DNA of 64,000 nucleotides from Octopus bimaculoides (Eukaryota): NCBI RefSeq assembly GCF_001194135.2, contig NC_068991.1, positions 28,036,057 to 28,100,056 of the forward strand, read 5' to 3'. Shown piece by piece: positions 50,860 to 64,000 of this stretch (position 1 is its first letter; each line of letters starts with the position of its first letter). The notes under the pieces were generated by a model. It saw only the letters and a program-made list of their open reading frames with translations, ran no database searches and was not told where the DNA came from. The position numbers and the translations under genes were made by a program.

Positions 50860-53800
50860 GGATATTTTATATGGCCTTACCTTTGGCATGGGGCAGCTAT
50901 ACTGCTTGGTCATTCACAGTATATACACCCACCCCACCCCTCTACCTATACAGGAAGTCTTTCTCCTAAAACCTCTACCACAAACCTATACAGAATGCTA
51001 TCTCTTTCTCCCACCCCTATTTAGTGGGCTATCTCCTGATAAACATAGCGAGTGTGAAATGAATAAAATGATGGTGAAACAAATGCAGGTTGAAACCTAT
51101 TTGAACCGGGGAAACATACATGCGAGCTTTCTTTTCAAATGCAGAATACTGTCCCCTATTCCTGTGTCTCCACCCCCACCCCCAACCCCAGCTGACACAC
51201 TCAGTGTAGGCTCATTAAAAGGTAGGTTTGGTGACATTGTTGAGATACTTGAACAGAGGCATGTAGATGTGTGTTGCATCCAAGAAGTAAGATAGAGAGG
51301 AAGTTCTGCGAGGTTCCTCACAGGCAAAGAGCAGAACTATAAAATCTTCTGGGTGGTGTCAGCATACTTCTTGCTGAGAGATAGGTTGGTAAGGTAATCA
51401 AGGCAATCAGAGTATGTGATAGAATACTTAAGCTTAAACTAGTTTTGAAAAATAAAATGGCAACCTTTATCTTGGTCTATGCCCCTCAGCCAGGTCTACC
51501 TGATGAACAGAAAGACCGATTTTATGACACCCTTTTGCAGACTATGTTGGCGATAAATGACAAGTGACCTTGTCTTTATGGCTGATGCCTTCAATGAGCA
51601 TGTTAAGCAACATCCAAGTGGCTTCCATGGTGTGCATGGTGGCAATAGATTTGGTTCCTATATTGATGAATGAACCAGGTTGCTGGAGTTCTGTGATGCA
51701 AATGATCTTATGATCTACAATACTAATTTCAGGAAACCTACCAGTCACCTGTTCATCTATCAATCTGGTAGACACACTAACCAGATTAATTACATTCTTG
51801 TCAGAAAACAGGAACAAAGGCTGCTTATGAGCGCCAAAACTTTTCCAGATGAAGAATATGCCTCTCAGCATAGGTTAGCTGTTAGCAACTTCAGAATCAG
51901 GGCTAAAAGGCTACCAAGAAGACAACCCATGTAGAAAAGAAAAGTCTGGAAGCTTAAGGATTCTCTGAATGGTCAGAGATTTAGAGATATGTTACTTGAA
52001 GCATTTGATGAAAAGGAGGATGATATAGTGACATATAACATGGAGGACAACTGAAGTTTCCTTCAGGACAACCTGTTGAAGGTCACTGACAAAATTTGTG
52101 GCTGGTGCAAAGTCCCTTCTCAACCTAAGGTGAAATGGCAGTGAAATTATGTAGTTGACAGGGCCATTAGAGAAAAGAAACAGGTCTGGAAGAACTGTAA
52201 GTGTGGTGGTAACAGGGAAGTGTATCAGATAGCCAGAAGGGAGGCTAGAAGACAGGTATTATTTAGCCAGAAGAAAAGCAGAAAAGAAGTTTGCCAATGT
52301 TCTGTGGTGTGAGGACCAGAGACTTGAAGTGTTTCATATTGTAAGACAGCGTGTGAGAAAAAAATCATGATATCATAGGAGAGAAATGTGTCTGCATGGT
52401 TCACTTACATTTAATGATTCTGCTAAGAAAGAGACTTGGAAATGCCACTATGAAAAGCTTCTAAATATAGAAAATGCATGGGAGAAGGTTAGTTTGCCAA
52501 ATGCAGACCCAGCTGAGGGCCCAGCTATCCGATGAAGCAACTAAGGTCATGAAGACAGGAAAAGCTCCAGCCCATCAAGAATCACTGCTGAGATGCTTAA
52601 AATATCTGGTGGGGTAGGATATGGCCTAGTCAACCATATAGTTGATTAGGTTGTCCACAAGGGAGTCACACCCAACAATTGGTGTAGCAGCATTATAGTC
52701 AGCTACTATAAAGACAAAGGTGATGCCTTGGACAGAAATAATTACAGAGGCATCAAATTGCTGGACCAGATGATGAAAGTCACAGAAAGGGTCATAGTTC
52801 AATTAATTTGGAAGAGAGTTAGCGTAGATGAAATGCAGTTTGGATTTATGCAAGGTTGGAGCACAACTGATACTATATTCCTGATTATGCAACTACAGGA
52901 GAAGTATTTAACCAAAAATAAACCTCTGCACATGTCTTTGACACTCACCTGCTCCCTTATCTGGTGGTCAATGCAGAAGCTAGGGATAGATGAGTGGTTA
53001 GTGAGAACTGCACAGGCTATGTACAGGGATGTTGCCAGTAAGGTGAAGGTTGGCAACAAGTATAGCAATGAATTCACTGCACAGCACAAGTAGAAGTTCA
53101 CCAAGGTTCGGTTCTCAGTCCTGTCTTGCTTATTTTAGTCCTCCAGGCCTTAACAGAGATGAATTCAAGATCAGCTACCCCTGAGAGCTCCTCTATGTTG
53201 ATGACCTAGTGGTAGGTCATTAACATAGTTACCTATCGATAACTGAATCACTAACTTATAGAAGAAATTTCAGGTATGGTAGCAAGGCTTGGAATCTAAG
53301 GCCCTTAGAGTTAATTTAGCAAAGACTGAAGTCCTAGTAATTAGGAAAACAGACAAATCACAAGTCCCTTCAGGGAGATGGCACTGTTTGATAAGCAAGA
53401 TGGGTATTGGTGGAAATTCCATACACTGTACTCAGTACAAGCTTTGGACACATTAGAGGTGTAGCAGTATCACAGGAAGGTTGACAGAGAAAATATACTT
53501 TGTGTGTGGCAAATGAGTACAACAAGCACTAAAAATGTGCAGACAACAGACTCCCTCAAATGCTTGGTGTGGTGGGAACCATTAGAACTAATAGATAGCT
53601 TCTGCCACCTTGGAGACAAAGTGAGTAGTGGAGGAGGAAGTTCTGAAAGTGTAGTTGCTAGAATAACAATGCGCTGGGCAAAGTTCAGAGAGCTTCTACT
53701 TTTATTGGTAACTAAAGGAGTGAAAGACAGACTATGTGATGCCTGTGTACATACAGCGAATTTACATGACAGTGAAACTTGGGCTTTGATTACAGAGGGC

Positions 53801-54256
53801 TTGCAAAAGCTTAAAAGAAATTAAGCTAGCATGCTCCACTGGATGGGTAATATCAGTGTGTGCCCATGACAAAGTGTAAACGATTTAAGAGGAAAACCAG
53901 TTTGGTCATGTGATGTGTATGGATGAAGGCAGCTGCATAAAGAAGTGGCATGCTCTAATTGTGGAAGGAACCTTTGGAAGAGATAGACTCAGAAAGATGT
54001 GAAATGAAGTGGTGAGAAAAGATCTGTGAATGCTGGACCTTACTGAGGAAATGACAAAGAACTGGGAGTTATGGCGATTTGCTGTACTTGAAAAGATGTG
54101 TCAAGCAAAGTAAAATCTCTGTCATCCATATATACAGGCATATCCTTTCAGGTGCTGGTGTCACATAAAATGCACTCATGCCAGTGCCACATAAAAAGCA
54201 CCCAGCACACTCTGTAAAGTGGTTGACATTAAGAAGGGCATTCAGCCATAAAAACC
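50860..54256 (+). mobile_element. Near full-length, heavily decayed RTE-clade LINE
   Basis: EN VGSLKGR..VDVCCIQEVR, YAPQ; RT NYRGIKLL..MKVTER..QFGFMQG.STTD; Cys-rich insert 53375-53520; 3' tail shared with short RTE pieces. Confidence 0.9.
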
Positions 54257-54689
54257 CTGGGTTGATAAATTAAGTGCTAGTGAAACATTGTGGTCGATGT
54301 AATCCCCTCCCCAAAAATGGCAAAATTTGAAATCATTATTAGACATGGTATATTCCCTTTTTTAGGAGGTTGTATTATTTTTGATGCCTGTCCTAGAATC
54401 GATTAGGTTATTAGTTTTACTTGTGGGCTTAACTGCATTTTCTTTTATCACATTTACCAATATTATAATTGCTTATATTACAGATCTAGTCCAATATGGG
54501 ATTATTTCCCCTATTGCTACTCTGGGTACTGTCTGTTGATTTCACTTTACATCAATGATGGTGGGGGCAGTTATTAGCACTATTTTCAGTGTCCATAACC
54601 ACTAGATTCCAAGTTCCATTCCTATTTGCATACTTCTTCACTTCATTCACAGTACTATATAGTAACCTATCCCTATAACCTACTTCTGC

Positions 54690-55640
54690 TAGTGCATTAT
54701 TCTCCATTTTTCTAAAGATCTCCTCATAGAGATGTGGGTTGAAATGTTATTGACTATATATTCAGTGATATTTTGGGGGTGATTATTGTTAAAATTGATA
54801 TACTTCAGGTTGTCATTGGGTTTGTAGTATGGTTGATATTGATCCATACTCAAATTCATAGTAACATCCAAGAAGTTAACTTTAATGTGTTCTTCTTTGG
54901 GGGAGAAGATCAGCCTACACCCTTGAAAAAACTAAATAACTTTTGCCTGTATTTTACTTATTAAACACTGTTAGATTTATGTAATGGGAATAGAGTGTTG
55001 CCCCAATATAATCCTCTGCCCATTAGCAGAAATTCCCTACTTATACAGAATAAGATATATATTCCTACCAGGTTGGTTACCTGAACAGAATCAATAGATC
55101 CCATGGTAATGTCAAGTATATCTGGTCAGTCATTTCTCACCCAGTACTTTCCATCAAATTCAATAATAGATTTTATTCCTGTTAAGATAATATCCACTTC
55201 TTTCTTGGATACATTAGAACTTTTCATTGCAGATATCAGTGACTTGTTGAAGAGGATGGGGTTAATAGAAGCGTAATAGTTAGAAATATCTAACTGAATG
55301 AATTTAGTCTGCTTTTTATCACTAATATTGGTGAACCAATCTACTATTTCATAAGAGCTATACCATAAGTTAAGTTTTATAGTATTCCCTAGTGTGGGTA
55401 TGTACTTATTAATGATATGCTTACTAATTTTGTAAATCAAAACCTGATTTATATAAAGAAAGATTTGGATTAACCTCACAAATATATTCTACATATCTCA
55501 TATTTTTTAAAATTTTATCTGAATCAGTGACCATTAATTGTACACAATATATCTGAAATTCATTAATTCCTAATCTGCCTAGCGGTTAAAAATATACCCT
55601 GATATGTCAGTGGTTGGACTTTGGATAAAGTTGCATAGAC
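54690..55640 (-). mobile_element. Penelope-like element reverse transcriptase relic
   Basis: MRLIQ..ISKHI..LNLW..IVDWF..K..FIQLDISNYYASI, DITMGS, NFLDVTMNL..YQPYYKPN..YIN..NHP, matching PLE RT motifs; related fragment on + at about 49730-50030. Confidence 0.82.
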
Positions 55641-55855
55641 AAATAACCAATTGAATGTAACTGGGAGCAAGTGCAATTGTGAAATGTCTATGCATCAGAA
55701 ATGTGCATCAGACACATTTGAGTCAAATATGGTGTATAATTGACTGCAGTAATAAATGATATTCAGATGTATTAACCTCCAAAGTCACTTTAATTGTCTT
55801 GGATATATATATATATGTTTATGTGAATGTGTGATGCAATGTGTGTGTGCGTGTG

Positions 55856-55932
<77 letters not shown>

Positions 55933-56649
55933 GAAGAAAAGAGTGACTTCACACAATTATTGGAGAAATTTATGCAGACTATATTTACCTTGAACATTTT
56001 AACGATAATGTTTGCCAGATAAACATGACCGGGCATGGAATTTCTGTGGACTTCAGCTGTGAAATTCTAGATAAAGTGTTTAGAGCAGGATGTAGGATGT
56101 AAGACGCAATATGGTGTTTGATGGGTAGGGTAGGTTTTTGGAGAGAATAAGTAGACTGCTAGTTGAGAGAAGCAGCATTGAATATTCTTTGCAGCAAATG
56201 TCCTGATTCTAAAAATAAGACCAGCACAGGTGTAGGTGGAGGATGCATATGACTGAAGGGGCCAAATAGGTCATAACAGTGGATTAGCCCCAACAACTTT
56301 CTTTCTTTCAGCAAAACATACCAAATTTAATCATCATTTATCTCCGGTTGTTTTCTGTATATGCATAGCTTGGATAGGTCCTCCATACACCAACTTTTCT
56401 CTTGTCATGACCACTCAACATTACTTCCATGAATAAATTTCAATATCGTGAGACCCACTAACACAACCTCTGTCTATGTCTTCCTTGGTCTTCTATTTCT
56501 AAAATTTTCTTCCACTTAGATTTCTGACCATGTCTCTCTCAGTTCACATTCGCAAAGATGTTAACTTATAAGTTGCTTTGTTGCTATTGAGAAGAATTTG
56601 CAATGTTCTTCTATTTTATGTGCATGCATGCATGCATATGTGTGTGTGT

Positions 56650-56687
<38 letters not shown>

Positions 56688-56997
56688 GCACGTGTGTGTG
56701 TGTGAGTGTAAATGTAAGATCCAAGGATCAAGGTGTAGAATGTTAGTAAGCTTAAAGTTTCTGTGAAATTACATTTATAGCTGTTGTTGTTACACTTACA
56801 ACTAGATGAAGGAAACTTGAATATTAAACATTATTATGGCTATTAATCCTGTTATCTAACTTATATTTGAATAAGGGGAACCCTATAAAACTTTGACATA
56901 GAATTCATGTTTCTCTGGTCGCTTCTCTTTCTCAGCGCAATACGACTTTGTATATACAGACAAAAGTATATATATGTTTATACATACAATGTTCACT

Positions 56998-57035
<38 letters not shown>

Positions 57036-57794
57036 AAAGGACACAGGCACAGGCATGGCTGTGTGGTAAGAAACTTATTTTCTAACCACATGATTCTAGG
57101 TTCAGTCCCACTGCATAGCACCTTAGGCAAGTGTCTTCTACTATAGCCTCAGGCTGACCAAAGCCTTGTGAGTGGATTATATATACATATATATATATAT
57201 GTATATATGTTCATGTGTGCATCTTTGTGTCTGTTTGTCCTCCACCATTGCTGTTAATTTTAACAGCTCAGCAAAAGAGACTGATACAATAAATACTAGG
57301 CTTACAAAGAACACATCCTGAAGTCAATTTCTTTGACTAAAAAAAGACCTTTAATGCAGTGCTCCAATATGGCCACAGTCAAATTACTGAAACAAGTAAA
57401 AGAATAAAAGAACATATAGTTATGCAAATCATTGATGTCCCAGAAGTCTACACACATATACACATGAGGCTAATTCAGTCAGGGTTTCAGTTTGAACTTC
57501 TTGAGAATCATATTTGGTGGGGAAATATAGAAAAGGGACCTGTCAGTGAGGTTTAGCATTGGAACAGAAGAAATGATTAGAATGTTTTATACAAATAACT
57601 TCTGTTCCAATACACATATGCATATACACATACATGTGCGCATGAACACACACATGCACACACATACACACATGTGTGTACACATACATACGTACATACA
57701 TACATGTATGTATACATACATACGTACATACATACATACATACATACATGCATACATAACCCATAATGAGGTAGAGGCCATTACCACTCACAAT

Positions 57795-58292
57795 ATGAAA
57801 GGGTATTGATGGAATGTCCCAATAAAAACCTCAATAAAGTGCAGACATAATAGACCGGATATAGTAATCTGGGACAGAGAAGAGAAACTCTGTACAGTAG
57901 TAGAAATCAGCTGCCCTGCGGATGTCAACATCCCACTAAAGATTAGAGAAAAAGAGAACAACTACGCTGAGCTACTGAGAAATTTACAGATACTCCACCC
58001 AGACTACAAGTTCAGATTCATACCCGTGATTGTTGGGGCATTGGGATATGTAACGAACTCCCTCAACAAAANNNNNNNNNNNNNNNNNNNNNNNNNNNNN
58101 NNNNNNNNNNNNNNNNNNNNNNNNNNNNNNNNNNNNNNNNNNNNNNNNNNNNNNNNNNNNNNNNNNNNNNNNNNNNNNNNNNNNNNNNNNNNNNNNNNNN
58201 NNNNNNNNNNNNNNNNNNNNNNNNNNNNNNNNNNNNNNNNNNNNNCAATGGAACTGTAAAGATATGTAAAACTTTCCAAAAAATTAGCACAT
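57795..58292 (+). mobile_element. RLE-type (R2/R4/NeSL-like) non-LTR 3' fragment between (ATAC)n tracts
   Basis: HNRPDIVIWD..LCTVVEISCPAD..KIREKENNY..FIPVIVGALG..GTVKICKTF. Confidence 0.82.
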
Positions 58293-60117
58293 AAATACAT
58301 ATGCATGCATCTAGACATAAAAACGCATCCATAAAACAAACATACAAATCTGCGCATACACTAACACCAAATACTGCACACACACACATCTGCACAAATA
58401 CCTAGATGATGTTGATAAAAGTTCCAATGAAGGAGCCTTGAATCTATGTTAGAGTCTGGCTCATTCTCTATTGACAAGAAACACAGAAATGAAACTGATT
58501 GATAACATACATACATACATACATACATACATACATACATACATACATACATACATACATACATACACATAAACATATACAGAATAGAATGGTTGGGATC
58601 TCAAACAGAATTTTTTGGTCAGTTCTTTGCCTTCAACACTAAATTTCACTTAAATTTCTCAGACTCACTATATTACCCCTGCACAAGTTAGACTTGATTC
58701 CTAGTATATGTTATCCTCAACTCATAATGCTATATAGTATGTACAAGTAAAATAAATCTATAAATTTTAGCCAACATAGTATGTACAGTTAAATTTAAAC
58801 ACTTGTGTCTGTATATACAAAGTCTTCATGTGTAGAAGAAGGAGAGTCAAACTAATTTGAATTCTGTGGTGAAGATTTGTAGAGTACCCCTATTTCAAAT
58901 ATAGGTTACTCTTGTCTCACAGTATAAGTTGCCTCAATAACACAATGTAGGTTATCCCTATGTTTCAGAAGAAGAATGCTTGAAAGGGCTATGGGCACTG
59001 CTCCTTTCAGCCAATGTAATTAATTCAAAAAATAGAATAGTTTTACAATCCATTATACAGACACAGCATTGCAAACACTGCATAGTTGACTCTGTGCTAT
59101 ATCCTGTATATGTACATAATACTCCAAACATTAACTCAAACACTGTACCTCAACAACTGTAATCACTCCACAAACTCTGCCCCAGATACTGCACTACAAA
59201 TATTGCTTGCATACACAACAACTATAAGTTAACTCTATACATTAGTTAAGTTCAAAGAAAGATACAAAAGTAACATAGAAGAGACATTAAGTAAACATTA
59301 GATCTGTCACTTATATACAATATCACATACATACTATATAATACATATGCACTGTCACTCATAAACAAAAAGAAACACATATGCAATCACATATACACTA
59401 CCATTCTGATATGCACTGTCAGATATATACAATCATTATCATCAGTTAACATCTGTTTTCCATGCTAGCATGGGTTGGACAATTTAACAGGAGCTGGTCA
59501 GCTGAAGAGCTGCCTGGGCTCCATATCTGTTTTGGCATGGTTCCTCTGGCTGGATGCCCTTCCTAACACCAACCACTTTACAGAGTGTACTGGGTGTTTT
59601 TACACAGCACTGGCATTGGTGTTTTTATGTGGGACTGGTATAGGTGCTTTTTACATGGCACCAGCTTCCACGAGCTCACAAGATTAGGAACACTCAGCTG
59701 AAGAGCTATGTGTAGAGGTGGAGATCTTCAAAGAACATCCAAGCAAATTTTTATCTGAAATATCAGATGCCCCCACATCAAACTGAAATGTGGGCACCCC
59801 AGTATGGCCTCACCCTCTCACTGAAACCAGTTTTGTTCGGCCTCATTAATACTGTGTACTTGCAGCCAGCTGAATACCTAGATGATATTTGCCTCCTCTA
59901 GTATACAGAAAAACAGCAAAAAACATTCACTGATATTATTTTAGCTGCCCAGTTGAATATAAATCTGTTGTATGTAAAAGAAGTGGTATTAAGTTAAAAT
60001 AACCATCTATGCATCATTCTTAAAGTAAACACATCACTGAAAGCAACTTAACTGTGATGTTTGTATGGCAATATGTATGTGTGTGAGTGTGTACTTATAT
60101 ACATATATGTGTGTGTA

Positions 60118-60158
<41 letters not shown>

Positions 60159-62149
60159 CAAATAAAAGGGTAAAGGAATATTAATTTATTAATAAATTAA
60201 TAATTTTTACCAAGCCCTTCGGTATGTAAACACCATTATCGGTGAAGAACTTATTTAAAAGTTCTTATAAATTTATAAACATAATTAAGGGATCAGCAGC
60301 AGTTGCTTCACCACATACCGAAGTTCAGAAATAGCAGCTGAAGTGCTAAAACTCCAACAGATAACAATACTGCTATCTGTGGGAGNNNNNNNNNNNNNNN
60401 NNNNNNNNNNNNNNNNNNNNNNNNNNNNNNNNNNNNNNNNNNNNNNNNNNNNNNNNNNNNNNNNNNNNNNNNNNNNNNNNNNNNNNNNNNNNNNNNNNNN
60501 NNNNNNNNNNNNNNNNNNNNNNNNNNNTATATATATATATATATATATGTGCATACACACACACACACGCACACACATAGAATCAGGTACTTGAAAAGAT
60601 ATGCATCAGGCAGGGTTGGTTCTGACCTATGGTTGGTAAATATCAAATAGAAACCTGTGGTTGCAGCCTATGGTTGTTAAGTATCAAATATGATATTCCA
60701 GTTGTGTACACAGAGAAAACTAACTTTATGAGTATTTAGTGCCTGGGGTTGGTTCAAATCACTCGTTACTTTAAATAGTACATTGTTGGTATACTCTAGG
60801 GTGTCCAACAAGTCATAAATGCCCTTGGTGTATTATAATCAAATGAAAAATAACAGGTAATGGATAAATGTCAGCTCATTTCAGCTATTTCTTACACATT
60901 TTTTAATAGAAGAATGAGAACATTACTCCATTACAAAAAAATTTAATAGTCAGATAAAATGTAATTTTACAAACAAAAGAATATTCCAAGAATTCAGCAG
61001 TGATGTAGCTGAAGTCTATCAAGGCCAACAAGGAAATGGGAGAATGACCAACAAAGTTGGCCGTTGTGGTTAAGAATATATAGTTCATGAAAGTGTGCAA
61101 TATGAGATCTAAGGTCAGTGACATGGGTGAGATAGGAGTCTGCTAGACTGGCTCTGAGGTAGGCTGGAGTGGGGTGTAGGAGATATTTTATTATAGTAGG
61201 GTTAGAGTAGTGGGTAGCAAGGAGAGGATGTAATATAAATTAAAGATAAAGAAAGAAAGAAAGAATAAAGAAAGGAAAGGTAAGGGTGAAGAAAAATAAA
61301 ACATAAAAGCCAATTAGACATAGGGTCCAGGTTTAGGATTTGCTAGGGTCCGGGTTTAGGATGTCCTTTGATAATGGACAAAGGGAGGAGGGCAGAGATA
61401 CATTGAATTTAGGTGTATTCAATGAATATTGGTTGAAAGGCAATCAATTAATAAGATCTAACTTTAATGGAATTGTAATGTTAAGTGTGAAGAGGAATGA
61501 TGTAGGGTGTTGTTTTAGTTACGAAAACGTATATGGGTTAGTGGGGACCACTTGTAATATTTGGACATGTTTGCCTGGTGAGGGAAAAGCTGGTAGTGGT
61601 AGTAGAGTACTACTTATCATTAAGGAATTTAAAGAAGGATGGGGTTATATAATAAACCACACCTAGTATGGAGTTAGAGGAAATCAAAGAAAGCCAGCAG
61701 TATGGAAGAGCCTAATGGTTAACAATATGGAATGTTATACAGGTGGCATTGATGTTGCACAATTAGACAGAAAAATCACCATTGTGTAAATCAGGTAAAG
61801 CAACTCTGGACAATAGTCATGGGTAAGAGGTTTGGAAAGTGCGTTCTATCTAATATTTAACAAGCACAGCACGAATAACTGTATCTTGATGTAAGGATTA
61901 CTTACCTAGTGGTATTGGAAAAGAACTGGCTAGGTTGTGCAGGCTGCTACTTCTAGGTTAGATATCTTTGCTATCGCTATTGCATAATACTGGGTACACC
62001 ACAGATAGAATGGTTAGTTCCTTCAATATAGCATACAGTAGTATACTTGCATGGTAATGAGTTGACAATTATCCATCATATCTTATTATTCATTTGATTG
62101 TGTGTGTGAGAAGATGTTGCACAAGCCCTTACCTCTGAGTACAACATCT

Positions 62150-63690
62150 CATCATCATCATCATCATTTAACATCCGATGTTGGCATGGGTTAGATGGTT
62201 TGACCAGGACTGGCAAGCTGAAAAGCTGCACCAGACTCCAGTCTGATTTAGAATGGTTTCTACAGCTGGATGCCCTTCCTAACACAAACCACTCTGAGAT
62301 TGTAATGAGTGCTTTTACATGCCACCAGCGCAGGTGCCTGATGTGTGACACTAGTATCTGTCACAACTACAATTTCACTAGGCTTGATGGCTCTTCTTCT
62401 CAAGCACAGCAAATCACCAAGGGTTTCGGTCATTCATCATTGTTTCTGTGAAACCAATGCTCAGAAGGTGTCTTTTACGAGCCACTGGCACAGGTGCTAG
62501 TTACACAACACCAGCATCTGTCATGTTGCCTCCACAAAGCCTAACACTCGAATAGTGTTTCTTATGTGCCACTGGGATAGGTGCCAGTTACATGACACCA
62601 ACATCAGCCATGACTACAATTTCACTTGGTTTGACAGGTCTTCTCAAGCATGGCATATCACCAAAGATCTCAGTCACTAGTCATTGCCTCTGTGAGGCCC
62701 AACGTTTGAAGATCATGCATCATTACCTCATACCATTCCTTCTTGGGTCTACCTCTACCACAGGTTCCCTCCACAGTTAGCAACAGGAACTTCTTTACAC
62801 AGCTGTCCTTGTTCATACACATCACATGACCATACCAGCACAGTTGTCTCTCTTGCTCCCTAATCTGATGCCTCTTATGCCCAACTTTTCTCTCAAGATG
62901 CTTACACTTTGTCATACATGCACACTGACATTGCACATTCAGCAAAGCATACTAGTTTCATTTTTTTTCAAGCCTGCACATGTCCTCAGCAGTCACAGCC
63001 CATGTTTCACTGCCATGTAGCATAGTGGTTCACACACAGGCATTATACAGTCTGCTTTTCACTCTGAGGAAGAGGCTCTTTGTTGCCAACAAAGGTAGGA
63101 GCTCTCTGAACTTTGCCCAGGCTATTCTTATTCTTGCAGCTATGCTCCCATACCTATTTCTTTACTGCCCACAAGGAGCTACACACAGAGGGGACAAACA
63201 AGGACAGACAAACGGATTAAGTCGATTATATCGACCCCAGTGCGTAACTGGTACTTAATTTATCAACCCCGAAAGGATGAAAGGCAAAGTCGACCTCGGC
63301 GGAATTTGAACTCAGAACGCAGTGGCAGACGAAATACCGCTAAGCATTTCGCCCGGAGTGCTAACGTTTCTGCCAGCTCGCCACCTTTTCCCATACCATC
63401 CACCACTGTTACTGACTTGGTCACCTAAATAATGAAAGTTATCTACTACCTCTAGCTTACCGTTTCCTGGCAGTCAATGTACATGTTTGGTGTTTATTGT
63501 ACCTGTGTACCTTTCACACACAAGAACTATTTTTCCAGTTAATCTCCATCTGATATTGTTGCACCTATTATGTGTCCACAGCGGTGCATCATATGGATTT
63601 TATACTAATGCCTTTTCTACAGATTTAGCAGGATCATCTACCTGAAGGGATTTGTAATTTGTCTGCTTTCCTACTTACTAAGATTTTGGT
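62150..63690 (-). mobile_element. 5'-truncated RTE LINE interrupted by a SINE
   Basis: WYGHVMCMNKDSCVKK..GRGRPKK and (GAT)n tail at about 62150. Confidence 0.88.
63155..63388 (-). mobile_element. Young tRNA-derived SINE (gcctttcatcctttcggggtcgataaa core) with 9-bp TSD
   Basis: TSD tcccatacc at 63146-63154 and 63389-63397; older copies about 8130-8280, 16625-16830, 20700-20900, 20955-21085, 21335-21465, 29300-29800. Confidence 0.88.
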
Positions 63691-64000
63691 TTCTCCTATA
63701 TCAAAAACAGCTGCATGTTAATGAAAGTCGTTACACACCTCCTGTCTTTTTGCCATTCATTGATACACATGCATATAGATAGACAGACAGACAGACAGAT
63801 AGATACATAAAAACCATATATATGATACCTAGGAATCATGCTTCTATACTTTAAATCAAATAGGCAAATATATGTAGGAACCCAAACTATCAATTTATAA
63901 CTGATTATATCAATAGTAACTAATATAAGTTTCTATAATAAACAAATAAGTTGAAGTAGTAACTGAGTACATACCTAGGTTTACTTTATCAATAATAAGA

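Noticed and set aside
55989-56066. Possible 78-nt minus-strand exon NFTAEVHRNSMPGHVYLANIIVKMFK (faintly cadherin-like)
   Set aside because: It has ag/gt borders but no partner exons or convincing motif.
59690-62060. Possible old LINE remnants on the minus strand
   Set aside because: Only faint motif echoes (VRP..W, LDL); too degraded to call or bound.

Overview
AT-rich, microsatellite-laden, gapped eukaryotic scaffold. The repeat families look like those of an octopus (coleoid cephalopod); this is inference from recognition, not a search. The only host genes found are two tandem, intron-containing paralogs on the + strand that encode CAP (SCP/CRISP/venom-allergen) proteins with a C-terminal EGF-like module and a ShKT module. 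Copy A has exons from 2110 to 14824 and its 5' end lies upstream of the window. Copy B has exons from 18191 to 33442, with one exon inferred in an N-gap and the signal exon not found. By hand count, the five alignable exons differ at about 85/510 nt (about 60 amino-acid changes vs 6 purely synonymous codons, all Cys kept), while several flanking intron tracts differ by only about 2-3%, a toxin-like signature of accelerated exon evolution. The rest is transposon-derived: a near full-length but broken CR1-like LINE whose ORF1 has a Myb/SANT-like N-terminus and a CCCH finger, a degenerate RTE and many RTE 3' pieces, Tx1-like, R4/Dong-like and Penelope-like fragments, Tc1/mariner relics, TIR elements, and several tRNA-derived SINE families. 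The most novel signal is six minimal type I hammerhead-ribozyme motifs in two families. Family 1 sits inside a tRNA-headed SINE (tRNA head-(AAT)n-hammerhead-tail), and one copy has a 14-bp TSD. Family 2 sits in inverted, Penelope-pLTR-like hairpin elements. All divergence counts are manual and ribozyme activity is untested.
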